From positions 248,001 to 312,000 of the forward strand of contig MU008186.1 of the NCBI GenBank assembly GCA_010909165.1: a stretch of DNA of 64,000 bases, given 5' to 3'. Position 1 is the first letter of the stretch, and every line of letters begins with the position of its first letter. The notes under the pieces are model-generated. The model saw only the letters and a program-made list of their open reading frames with translations, did no database searches and was not told where the DNA came from. Below are positions 1-11,960 of this stretch, piece by piece. The position numbers were made by a program, and so were the translations under genes. Source of the stretch: Anthoceros angustus. Taxonomy: Eukaryota; Plantae; Anthocerotophyta.

Positions 1-1996
1 TCTTTCCCAGCACAGGCCTGCACTGCTAGAGACCCAAAGGGCCTCCAGTATAGTTCAGGATGGTCGACTTGCACCCTTCTTCGCCTCCTCGCTCGCTTTG
101 CTTCCACGTCCTCCCTTGTGACTCAGGGATGTGTAGCCACCCCTACGAGTCCTCATGCTGAATTTGCAAATAGAGGAGCTTGGATGGAGGAGAAATAAAG
201 AGGATGAACGGCGGAGGAAGAAGGAAGGAAGGAAGGAGGGAGGAGGAAGAAGGGAGGTGGGAGATGGGCACAGACAGGAAGAAGGGTGGAGCAGCTTGGC
301 AGAGAGAAGGAAGCAAGCAAGAGGCAGGGGGCAAGCAGGTAAAAGAAGGCAGAAGGCGGACAAGCAGTGCTAGCGGTGGAAGCAAGTAGGAGGCCGACAC
401 TGGGTATACGCCCCCGTCTTTGTCCATTGGCCGAGTTCAAAATTGGGTGACGAGACGGCGAGCTTGAACTTGTACGCCCCATGTGTACCCCGTCCGCCTG
501 AACTAGCCACCACCCATAGCCAGGAAATGCCGTCCCGTTCCACCTCCATGGCATCAACATGCCATCATGTTGCGCCCCCGGCCGCCCTGCACCTATTCCC
601 CAGACATCTTGTAAACTGTGAGTTGTAGGAGACAACCGTTAATCAATGAATGAAATGCAAAGACATGCACAACTGGTAGAAAAAGAACAACATGTGCACA
701 AGCTTTACTCTGACAGACCTTTGCCACTAAACATCCTGTGATCTTGGACATTCTTTGCGTACACAGCTGCCATAATACTAGCTCAAAACAAAGATCAGCA
801 CCATGGTCAGCATTAAAGACTCGAAGCTTGCCACAAATAGCTGTTCAAAACCTTTAGGAAAAACAAAACATCAGGGCTCGGATTCACCAAGAAAGGTGGT
901 TACTAAGAAGCTGCCTAGATGCACCGGGTAAAGCACACCCAGAGACTCACTACAAATAAAATGCTGCCGCAAACAAGCTGTGAAAACCTTTAACAAAAAA
1001 CAAAAAACTTCCCACTGATTCAAGCACGAGGGGACCTATTGTTCTTGTTACAAGGCACTGGAAAGTTGATAATATTAGTTGGCCAAGTGTCTGGCGTTAC
1101 TGGGACCGCCACCGGGAGGCGACTCTCAACAAGGCGCATGGTGACCTGCTTTTTGGTCCCATGATATATCTACACTACAAATTCCTTCCCTTCCGCCAAT
1201 CCTTTTTCAACAAAAAAACCCATTTCAGCTTGGCAGCCACAAGGCCGTGGCTTGCACCAGGTGAGTGGATTAGCTGTGCTAGCTTCACTCCATCCTCCAT
1301 TTCACTCAATCGCGTGCTCCGCTAGTGAGAGGCAATACGCCCGTGTGTGGATTCGCTGCTTCCGCTTTTGGAGGAATCGGGTAATGGCCAGGCATCTTCC
1401 CTACCTATGTGTAACGCCCAACTTATGTCAAGGCCTTGCCCAAACGCCACCGTTTCATTCATGGTGCCCGACCACTCAAGTAACCCGCGGCGCCCACGCC
1501 CGCGCTCCCTTGCAGTTTTGCAGGTGCCACTCTAGCGCGCGCGGGCCTGTCCCCGCTCCCGCCCTTCTTTCTCACCCTCCCACAATGTGGCCCTCCTCTA
1601 TGACATCTCGAGGGTCTCCAAATCAAAGAACGAAGAACCCCGGGAATCCGCATTCACCAGTCGAGGGTGACGCGCGTACGAGCCCTCTCCAAACTAGAGG
1701 TCCCCTGGAATCCGCCTTTCGCCCTTAGTGCTGTCCAAGGTGACACCAGCTACTAGTTAATTTTTTTGCCTCTTTTAATTTTTTTACCTTTTTATTTTGT
1801 CTTATCAATGGTTGTTACTATTATTTTGGATAAGATGATTGAACTGTAATCATTAGGTATTGAAAATTTTCTTTATTATTTTAGAGTTAAAAATAATACT
1901 TACCTAGGCAAGAGGTAAGCCTCTCTTTATATAAGGGGTGACATTAACTCTAAAAATTCATACCAAGTATTTTTGCTACGTTGGACGGAGGTGCAT

Positions 1997-2158
1997 GGAG
2001 ACTCCGGGAGTGAGTGTGCGCGTGCTTGGAGACTACGGAGTCTAGAGTGTGTGCGGACTCCGGGAGTGAGTGTGCGTGTGCTTGGAGACTACGGAGTCTA
2101 GAGTGTGTGCGTGTGCTTGGAGACTACGGAGTCTAGAGTGCATGCATGTGCTTGGAAA
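1997..2158. repeat. Tandem array of ~30-60 bp units (GGAGACTACGGAGTCTAGAGTGTGTGC-type)
   Basis: GTGCTTGGAGACTACGGAGTCTAGAGTG occurs three times and GACTCCGGGAGTGAGTGTGCG twice, read directly from the sequence. Confidence 0.85.
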
Positions 2159-2699
2159 AGAGCTTTGAGGAAGGGATGATGGAAGAATTATCAAGGGGGT
2201 AATGTCGGAGACAGGGTCCCATTCGGTTCGGGCCATGGTGGACGGAGTTTCTTAGGCCCTTTTAATGGATAGGGCAGAGTTCCCTCATTCCGCTTCATGT
2301 AGCGACTACACCGACACCGGGAAGGTGGCTCGTCTTTATTGCGTTGCACGTGAGCATAACTGGGAGGAGCTGAAGGATGTACGGAAGGAGCTTGAATTCT
2401 TTGAGGCCCGTTCCTTTGTCTACGATAGTGAACTACTTGGCGGGCCTAGCTAGAGTATGAAAATGTGGAAGAATTATTTTAAGATAATCATGGAATTTGA
2501 GAAGGTGTTAGGTGCAGAGGGCGAGTCTAGCAGGTAGATTTTAGTGAAAGATGCACATAGAGTAGATGCGTCGTGCAGCTCAAAGTTCTGGAGCTCGAAG
2601 GGCTTCTCAAGACGTGACATGCACCCTGTCACAGAGCAGTTACCAGAAACTTGAAAGTCTGCATGGTAACGACTCATAAATGTCGTGCCATCTGCCGTC

Positions 2700-3325
2700 T
2701 GGTTTGTTGGGCAGAACATACGCTGAAGCCAGTTTCTCCATATTTATATAGTGCATTATCTTGCTATTTTTGACCCGGGGATCAGGTTTTGGTTGCTGAT
2801 GTGGTTGTAATTGATCCCACCTAGGAGAGTGTCTGCGAATATGTTATTCTTAACCCTCCAGGTTGGGCGGCGGAGGGATGCGCGACGGCTAAGGTCCACA
2901 AGTACTCTCCTATGCAGGACGGCCATGCCTTCGTCCCCCTTGCCATTGAGACTCACGGAGCCATGGACAAGGATTTCTCTAGGTTCGTCAAGGCTTGCCC
3001 CAAGGCTTATCATAGCCGCAGGAATGGGGTTGGCCTCCCCATTTCTTGTATTGTTGCTTTCTTTCGCTAGAGGGTTTCCATCGCTCTGCAGAGGGCGTTG
3101 GCTAACGCAGTATATAGAACGATAGTGAGCACGGAAGATGCAACTACTTCGACATCGGTGGTAAGTAGGACTTTTCACATCCCTGACCACGAAGTTCTTC
3201 GGACGGTTGGTAGTTTTGAAATGCGTGATCGTGAGGGCTAGTCCCCCTGGCATGGTGCCCTTCGTTGGGTTTTTCCCCTTTGTTTTTGGGTGGATGGGTT
3301 TTTCCCGTCTCTTTTTTATAATAAA
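2700..3325 (+). mobile_element. Degenerate 3' fragment of a CRE-like non-LTR retrotransposon (RLE endonuclease domain)
   Basis: Manual + strand translation across stops and a frameshift gives LVADVVVIDPT*...GWAAEGCATAKVHKY...FVPLAIETHG...IVAFFR*RVSIALQRALA. This fits the DV..DP / K..KY / F.PLA.ET.G / RVS.ALQR pattern of CRE-clade RLE domains. An A/T-rich TTTTATAATAAAG end lies near 3315. Confidence 0.65.
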
Positions 3326-3899
3326 GTCAACTTTTCCATCATATTATCTTGCTTAAAGTTTCTCCATATTTTCATGCAAGGCCTATTCCTGCTCCTGCTC
3401 CCGCTCCTGCTCACACTGTGCCCTCGGCATGTCCAGCAACAACGAAAGCCGGCAGGAAGCATGGATTGGGCATGAAGGGGGTCCGGGGGTTCGCGTTCTC
3501 GTGGACGGGCGGGTGGAGGTCGAGCAAATATTGCAGGGTGCTGACAGGGTTGAGTGACATCAGGCTTGGGTTTCTTTTGCGAAGGTCTGGGCTCGCCTAC
3601 GGAGCAACCAGAATTTAGTGTGGAAGGCCGCTGGGAGCGGTGGGACATGTTGCTGCTGGGTTCGAGTCCAGATGTCCACGGCCACAACGTGGAAGTCTTA
3701 CCACTAAACTACAGCCATCATACGTGAACCATTTGACAGGCATCCTTGAGATGGTCTTGAATCAAAAAAACGCAACCCCAAGACTTCCGTCTTCCATACT
3801 CTTATTCCACCTGAATTAGTTGCATCCCTTTTGCCTCAAAGATCGAAGAGTAAGAATTACAATTTTGGGGTTAAAAGAAGATTAACATGGCCTAAGAAG

Positions 3900-4790
3900 C
3901 GTTCTGCCTTTTCTCTGGCAGCGGTGATAGCTTCTGAGGATTCAGGGTCTCACTGCACTCGCTGCAAGTAGCACCAAAAACAGAAGGGATGTTGCCGGCT
4001 ACATGCCAGCCAGTTCAGCTTCTTCAGCCCTCGCAGCGTTTCCGCTACTCAACCCTGTACAATCTCGGACATGTCACTACTACAAACACCGAAACCACTG
4101 CCATGTTCATCACGATCGATGGCTCAAATTGTACTTTTCGGAGGCAACACAAAAGACAGAAGGCATGCCGGCTATAGTGCTAGCCAGTTTCCGCTTCTTC
4201 AGCCCTCGCAGCCTTCCGTGCTTGCACCCTGTAGAATATCTCATACACACCACCTCAAACACCGAAACCATTCCCATCTTGATCAGGATCGGTATCACTT
4301 TCATTTCCTCTCCACAGAAATGACCGAACACCATATGAATGGTGAGACAAATCCAGACTTCAATGACATCAGGGGATGCAACCCTCACCTGCTACCACGA
4401 ACAGGACGAGCACATCCCCAAATGATTTCATGGCGCTCACAGTTTTCTTCGTAGACTTGTAGGGAGCCAGATAAGGATCGTCATCCAGAAGCTGCAAACA
4501 GTGATCACAATGCGTGAGGATGCAAGGCATGGAAACGAGATCAGATCGGGAGAAAAAAATTACAATCAGAGCTGGCAGTCGGACTCACGATCTTCTCCCT
4601 TCCACCTGCTTCCGCCGACAGTCTGCGGATGTGAGCTGGCGGAGCAATGGATGTTCTACGAGCTAGAAGCGCCCGCAGACCCTGCATCCTGACTTGCTCG
4701 TGATGACAGTTTCTTCCACGAGGTTTGCAATGCCTTGTGCACCGACGCGCTTCGTTAGTCGGGAATGAACTAAAGGATCTCACAGTCTGA
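3900..4790 (-). pseudogene. F-box/LRR-type pseudogene relic with an internal diverged ~170 bp direct repeat
   Basis: Minus strand near 4780-4710 reads EIL*FIP/TNEARRCTRHCK/SWKKL (F-box-like, with stops and frameshifts). Downstream LRR-like words are CPRLYRVE and LRGLKKLNWLAC. Segments 4000-4120 and 4171-4295 are diverged direct repeats. Confidence 0.4.
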
Positions 4791-4994
4791 GCTAACCACC
4801 TAATAGGTTAGCTAGCTTTTAACATTTAGCTGTGAAAATGTATCGGTGCAGCAGGTCACGACATTGTGCGCTCACAGTGTTCACTGTCCGCTTCAGATCA
4901 TCGCTGGTTGAGCAGCAACAGGAGCAGAGATCGCGATCTTTTGCGGCTGTAGGCTCGAAGAGGAAGGAGTCGAAATCCAGCAACGACCCCAACC

Positions 4995-7900
4995 ATGGTG
5001 CTGGTGGCGGGAGTTCGGGAGTATATAAATCGGATGGTGAACGACATTGCCGGGATGAAAGTGATTCTGCTGGATGCGCAGACGGTGAGATGGCGTGCAT
5101 CTCGGAGAACTAGCCCGATCTGCCGATGTGCTGCCGATTCACTGTCTTGAGATGGACGACGTCAGTGCACGTCCTTCTAGGTCTTGGAGCTGATCAGTGG
5201 GTTTTCGGATTGCAGGTGGGAATTGTGAGCGTGGTTTTGAGTCAGACGCAGTTGCTGCAGAAGGAGGTGTTCTTGGTCGAGATGCTGGATTCAGGAGCCG
5301 AGACAGTTATGACACATTTGAAGGCAATTTGCTTTCTACGGCCTACTCTTGACAACGTTCAGCTTCTGAAGCGCCATCTAATGAATCCGCGGTTTGGAGA
5401 GTATCACGTTTGTGAGTATCGAGGAGCAGGTTTTCAAGATAGCGATGTAGAATTTGTCCGATCTCGAGGACGTAGCACGTATGGTGCAGCTGACTTGTTT
5501 TCTCTGGCAGTTTTTTCCAACATTGTGAAGAACTCATACCTTCAAATGCTGGCTGATGGAGATGAACATGATGCTGTCCAAACAGTGCAGGTAAGGCTTC
5601 ATTCAATGTTTGGTGTGGTTAGTTGTATAGATCTGTGGACGGGGTCATATCTTGCTGTGTATTGTGTGTAGCTTGGTGTCAATGCGATGTTGAATTGTGG
5701 TGGTATTGTTTGTTGAAGCGTGTTGTAAGTCCTGGATTTGTGGTTTGGCAGGAAATGCTTGTCAGTTTTCTGCTTCAGGCACTTGTGTCCAACAGCGGTG
5801 GCACGTTTTGTAAATCATGAAAGGTGGTGGTTTGCAGGAGTACTTTGCAGACTATTTTGCTATTGATCCGTTCCATTTCTCCCTCAATCTTCCCGCGAAT
5901 CACGTTTGTCTGATGCCAACAGTCTTGGACCCACAAATGAGTCAGCAGGTTGTAGATCGGATTGTGGAAGGCATTACAGCTCTTTGTCTCTCATTAAAGA
6001 AGCGTCCCATTGTGAGATACTCTCGTACTTCCGAGATAGCTCGTCGAATTGCCCAAGATGCAGCGGTGTGTTCATCTCTGTCTGTTCTCATGACGTATGT
6101 TTGCTGATTGTTCATTCAGATCATTCGAATGAGACTATCTGAATTGTCTGCAGAAACTAATGTACGAAACTGAGAGCGGGCTGTTTGACTTCAGACGACC
6201 TGATGTTCCTCCTTTGCTTTTGATTATGGATAGACGGGACGATCCAGTGACACCTCTTCTGAACCAGTGGACATATCAGGTGCTGTGGTGCACGATTTTG
6301 TTTCCAATGAGCTAGAGCTATCTCAGTCTCAGCTGCAAACTGGCCTGCAACTGGCAAAGAGAGTTTGTGGAAGATGCTATGGTTCCTTGTTCACTTTCTT
6401 TGGCTGCCTTTGATACAGGCCATGGTCCATGAGCTGATAGGTATTCAAGACAATAGAGTGGACTTAAAGCATCTTTCTAAGGTTCCTGCTGATCAGCAGG
6501 TATGCTCTAAGACCACCAGGCATCTTAAGTCTGTATGGATCCTGTCGATCCACTAACAGTGTGAGGCTTTTTGTTCTCAGGAAGTGGTTCTATCATCGGA
6601 GCAAGATCCCTTTTTCAAGTCAAATATGTACGAGAACTTTGGTGATCTTGGAGCCAATATAAAAAAGATGGTTGATGAATTTCAGCATACCTCTAAAAGC
6701 AACCAGAACATCCAATCTCTTGGTACACTTCCTTATGGCCATGGTTTTGAAGCTTTATTATAGGTCCAGTGGGATTCTGTGACGCATGTGTTCTGAGACA
6801 ATAGGTGCTGGATGCAGATGACATGGTTCGCTTTGTGGAGAACTATCCCGAGTATCGGAAAATGCAGGGCAATGTATCCAAACATGTGACTATGATGACA
6901 GAGATGAGTCGAATTGTGGATGAAAGGCAACTGATGTCAGTTTCACAAACAGAACAAGAACTTGCGTGCAATGCTGGACAACAAGCTGCTTTTGAGGTAT
7001 TTCCTTGGCCTTGGAGTTGGAAGTCTTGTAAGTACAAGGCGTAGTGTATGGATGGGAGACTTACATCTGGTCTTGCACAGGCTGTTGTGAATCAGCTGAA
7101 CAATGAACGGATAGCTGACATGGACAGAATACGTCTCGTGATGCTGTACGCTCTTCGATACGAGAAAGAGAACCCAATGATGTTGGAGCAGCTGCTTTCT
7201 AAACTCTCCTCCCGCAGCAGTAACTACAACTTCAACGTAAGCAACCGTCCATGTGCTGTGAATCTTCTGTATGGACTTGCAACAGGAGCCTGATGCGACA
7301 TGGTTGTTATATTTGTCTGTTGGCGGAATAGCGATACTGAAAATGCAAGTCTAGAAGGTGTCACAGAGCTCTAGAGCTTTAATATTCCTAGACACAATGT
7401 TGTCTGTGTCAGCTTGTGCGCACGCTATTGAAGCAAGCTGGTCTGGATAAACGGACTGGAGATCTATATGGGAACAGGGATTTGTTCAATCGGGCCCGAA
7501 ACATGGCTCGAGGGTTGAAGGTGGGCCCTCTCCAAATCGTCTTGGGTGAATTTTGTGGGTCTTTTCGTCCATTTCTCATGCTTGCTGACTGCCTACGTCA
7601 CTGACAACTTGTGGTTTCTTCTATAAGGGCGTTGAGAACGTGTACACACAGCACCAGCCCCTCATCACCCAAGTCATCGAAAGTGTCGTGAAGCTCCGAG
7701 TGAAGGACATGGATTATCCGGCAATTGGCAACATGACGCAGCAGGCAACAAGGTTGGTCAGGCTGCATTTGAGTCTGATCGAAGTGTTGTTCTATTTCAT
7801 TTTTCTCTGATGTGCACATTTTGTCTTCTGTCCACAGGCCCCCACAAGACTTGATTGTGTTCATCATTGGCGGCTCAACTTACGAAGAGGCTCGAGCTGT

Positions 7901-8115
7901 AGCTTTGCAAAACGCTGCAAATCCAGGCACCAGAGTGTATCTCGGCGGCACCACAGTTCTCAACACCGCGAAGTAAGCCCAGGAATCTTGTCTCTTTTCA
8001 TCAAAAGTCACCCCGATGGGTTCCGCCTATGATTCCGTTCAGTTTGAATTGCAGATTTTTGAGTAACCTTGAAGAGGTATCTCGGACGGACCGCAAAAGC
8101 TACCGTGGTTTGTGA
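4995..8115 (+). CDS. VPS45: Vacuolar protein sorting 45 (Sec1/Munc18 family), multi-exon
   Basis: Exon 1 (4995-5084) encodes [30 protein letters not shown] and exon 2 (from 5216) [26 protein letters not shown]. Later exons carry [52 protein letters not shown] and [18 protein letters not shown]. Introns are GT-AG; stop TGA at 8113-8115. Confidence 0.95.
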
Positions 8116-8145
8116 GCGGGATGTACCTCTCATTATTGGAATCGA

Positions 8146-8894
8146 TCAGACGCGCCTAGGGCTCTTCATGAACCTGTCTACAGCTTTCCGAGCTATGTTA
8201 GCAGGAACAGTGTGAGGGCCATCAAACACAAGATACTGCACGTCATACCCTGCCTGCTGTAGCGTGGGCACCAGGTTTCTACTGCACCTGTGGATCGGGA
8301 GAACCGGGTCCCTCGTCCTGTGCGTAACAGTCCGGGACAGGCCACCCGGTCCCCCGGGACCACGAACCCCGCCGAGAACGCCAGGACATGGCCGAACAAG
8401 TCCCCGTTGATAAGGGCCAGCGAGAGCACGTACGACGCGCCGTCAGAGAAGCCGGCGACTCGGATCCACCTCGTGCCGACTGAAAGTATCTGCTAGCGCC
8501 CGGTCGAGAAACGCCACGTCCGGTCCGAACTGCCCTCGTACGGTGTCCCAGGTAGACGACCACGAGTCGGCGCCCAGCACCAATGCCCCCGCCCGGTCTG
8601 CAGGCTCTGCAGCATGGCCACCACGCCGCGCGCGTCGCCCGCCGCTCCATGCAGCATCACCACGAGAGGAGCCGGGCTGAGAGCGGTCGGCGGCACGTAC
8701 GGCAGCCCGTCGCGGGCGCCGCCCAGCTTCAGGCGATGGAGTCCGGGGGACCTCGGGGCCTTGGTTTGCAGTATACTGGATGGCAGCGACCGCAGCCGGC
8801 CGGGCGCGCCCGCGCCGCCGCCGCGGACCTTTGGGCTGCGACCGCTGCCAATTGCAGGGGTCTCTGACTCCACATCGTTGCTTACGTCGCTCAT
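8146..8894 (-). CDS. Bacterial-type phospholipase/carboxylesterase (alpha/beta hydrolase), intronless, with ~3 frameshifts (pseudogene or assembly errors)
   Basis: Joining frames gives RDGLPYVPP..PAPLVVMLHGAAGDA / ADRAGALVLGADSWSSTWDTVRGQFGPDVAFLDRAL / AGFSDGASYVLSLALINGDLF / RDPVLPIHRCSR..YDVQYLVFDGPHTVP. These supply the GxSxG nucleophile, Asp and His of a catalytic triad. Confidence 0.8.
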
Positions 8895-9111
8895 GGCGGA
8901 TGCTCTCTTCCGCTTTCTCCTTCTCCGTCCAAGATTTTGGCCCAACCGCAGAAGCAATGTGAAGCCAGGGGAGGAAGGCAAGCGATTTGAACATTTGCGC
9001 AAGCAGGCCTACGATCAAAGTAGAAACCGGCACGGCTATGACTCCAGTCATCCACTCTAAGACGTGGATTCTCAGAGTCTAGGACACGTGCAGACTGAGC
9101 TGGTCCCATCA

Positions 9112-10542
9112 TCACCGGAAAAATCTGAAGATCATCACGTGCTTGTATGTTTCTCCAGGTTGAACAATGATGGAAGGGAAGCTCGGCTGGTTGACAGAAT
9201 CCGGGAAGTGCTGTGTCTCCAAGCACAGGCCTGCGTGTATGTTGTACACAGCTCCAGATTTTCCTGCAATCCCGTCCAGAAAGTTCCCGGTGTAGAATTG
9301 AACTCCAGGTGCGCTAGTCAGCACTTCCAGAACTCTGCCGCTCTTGATGTGCTTCACTCTTGCTGCCAGGTCCACCTCTGAGGAGTCTTTAACTTTCCAG
9401 AGAACGTAGTTGTGATCGTAGCCGCCCGGGACTTGGTGAATCCGGCTCCCGATGACCTGCAACTGCGTGAAGTCGAACGGAGTTCCCGCCACAGGTTTGA
9501 TCTCACCGGTAGGAATGAGGTTTTCATTCACTGGGGTGATGTGGTCCCCGAATATCTGTATCTCATGCTCCAGAACATCACCACTGCCGTGGCCTCCCAG
9601 GTTCCAATATGTATGCTGAGCCAAGTTCACAGGAGTGGCCTTGGTCCTGGGACTGGCCTCCATCCTGGTTTCCAGCTCGTTGTCCGCGATCAAGGTGTAG
9701 GTCACGGTGACATCCAGGTCCCCTGGAAAACCTGTCGACAATTTGAAGACATCAGGGTTTATGCATGGGTATACAATTGAAGGCTGGATGGAGCTATCAT
9801 GGACGCATGCATACCTTGCTCCCCGTCATGGCTTTGGTAGGTGAACTGCACCGACGGTCCTTTCGGATTGTCCACCTCCTTGGACTGCCAGAGCACCTTA
9901 TCAAACCCTTTTTCTCCACCGTGAAGAGTATTGGGACCATTGTTTGCAGGGAGCTTGTACCTCACCCCGTCAAGTGTGAACTCCGCACCAGCAATACGGT
10001 TGGCCACTCTCCCTACTATGCAACCGAAGTAGGGGGAAGTGCCGTCCTGCAATAATCACTCCTTTCTTGTCAGTTCCAGCATTCCAGCACCTTGATTGTG
10101 AAATTAAGAAAACCATGAGCAGCATGCAGATTCAACAGCTTCAGGGTGCAAATTCAACAGCTTGAGGTTGCAAATTCAACAAATTCAGCTTGAGCAGGTT
10201 GAGGAGGTTGCCAGATAGGGAATGAGGCTGTCAAAACCCAGGACTATGTCGTCAACTTCACCTACAAGCCACCCAAAACAAGTAGTCAGACGGAGGTGAT
10301 GATCCTCCCCACCCAATCTGCTGCACACAATTCAAGGCTAATGATTACACCAGAACAGTGTGCTTCACCAGGTGGCTTGCTCTTGAGAATCCAAACTCAC
10401 CCTCAGCATCTGGCACCGTGAGTGACATGATCGAGGCACCCACATTAGTGACCTTGACAGCGAAGTGACCTCGCTCCAGTCGGTACACATCCACTCCACT
10501 TCCCTCCTTCCCCGCAACCTCTTCCTTGCTCACCGTTCCCAT
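9112..10542 (-). CDS. Aldose 1-epimerase (galactose mutarotase), 4 exons
   Basis: Exons are approximately 10542-10401, 10261-10212, 10046-9815 and 9731-9112. Motifs include [67 protein letters not shown] and CLETQHFPD. Confidence 0.95.
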
Positions 10543-11576
10543 AGTTTCACGGAAAGGGAAAGGATTCAGCGAATTTGCCTATCAAGTTCAGTGCAGCTGG
10601 TGGAACGCAAACAAAACTGATCGCCTAGAAGCATGTAACTAGGTAGCAACTCTGTTTCATCACCCAGCCACGCATTTCATCACCCAGTCACGCATTTTGT
10701 GCTCCAAGAACAGAATCCGGAATATATTGAGAAGCGGTACGCATATATATCCGAATCGGCACCGCATTTAAAGCGGGTCCATCAATTTTCCTCTAACTAA
10801 ACCCGTCGACTCTGTTCAGGAACCGATTGGCACTGCGAGCTGGAACTCCAGCTTGGTGAACCGACCTTCGCCAAGCCTATCCTCTGGCTTCCTCACCAGT
10901 TGGAATTCATCTCCGTCTTGAACAGTTCTGTTGTGCACGTGGCTACAACGTTACGAGCATGTTGAAGTCGTGGTATGTAGGTGCTTGAGCTCGAGCTCGA
11001 GCGCGGCAGATGGCAACTGTTTTGCACAACATTATTAAGCTTGCGTGTGCGAAGAGTTCGCCGGAGGCGGAGAATGCCTGTAGCAGCATCACTGGCTGTT
11101 TGTCGGTTATTAGATAGGAAGGATCCGGTTGCTTGTCACTTGACAAATCCTTCCTAGCCAGCTTTGTGTATGTTGCAAAGAGCAAGGACGATAACCGGCG
11201 GATTGCCTGGCCCTCATGCTGAACCTTGCCCTCTCTTGAACCCCATGCACACATAACATTGTGACGAGACCCATTCGGTATACGTACTCATACCCATTCG
11301 GGTTAAAAGGTGCTTTCAATTAATTAGAGTGAATTATTTGAAACCCAATTATTTTATTATTTAAAATTACTCATAAAATATATTGCAAGTTGGAGAAGCA
11401 TGTATGGCATAAGCCAGTGCTGTAGTCGCATTGTTGAGTAAACTATTTCATACTCATGTTATAATGTGGTATGCTCAAAACCATAACATGGTAGCTCATC
11501 ACATACCAAGGAGATAAATCATTATCAAGGAGATGAAATCATAATCGGGAGGTGAAGCTATAACGATGTACAGAAA

Positions 11577-11960
11577 AACTATTGAGATTGAAAATTCAAC
11601 ACGTCACCTCTTCTAGCTCTAACTTCTACCAACCTCGCAAGTGATACATGCAAAGATTTAGAACACAAACATAAAGCACAAAAAAACTATTGAGATTGAA
11701 AATTCAAAACGTCACCTCTACTAGCACTAACTTCTACCAACCTGGCAAGTGATGGATGCAAAGATTTAGAACACGAACAACAATTGTAAATAATTTAATG
11801 CTTGTACGTAGTGGTATCCAAAATATCTAAGCAACTAGAACATAAGCAACCTGGCAAGTGGCAGATGTAAAGATTTAGAACATGAACAGCAATCGCAAAC
11901 TATTTAAAGCTTGTACATAATGGTAGCCTAAATATTTAAGCAACTAGAACATATTGAAAA
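11577..11960. repeat. Diverged tandem repeats (~110 bp units) in an AT-rich intergenic region
   Basis: ATTGAGATTGAAAATTCAA..CGTCACCTC..CTAACTTCTACCAACCT.GCAAGTG...AAAGATTTAGAACA recurs two to three times. Confidence 0.7.

Noticed and set aside
153-635. 160-aa minus-strand ORF and overlapping GA/CT-rich ORFs
   Set aside because: Largely low-complexity. I could not recognise a domain in any frame, and an alternative frame (WHVDAMEVERDG...) is broken by stops.
1173-1730. Possible CACTA element (CACTACAA ... TAGTG)
   Set aside because: Only 5 bp of terminal inversion, and the flanking triplets differ (CTA versus CTG).
1879-1955. ATACTTACCT resembling the U1 snRNA 5' end, inside a short inverted repeat
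   Set aside because: The sequence diverges from U1 after 10 nt. It is at most a tiny MITE-like hairpin (TTTTAGAGTTAA / TTAACTCTAAAA).
3640-3690. GGGTTCGAGTCC tRNA B-box-like motif
   Set aside because: No A box or cloverleaf could be built around it.
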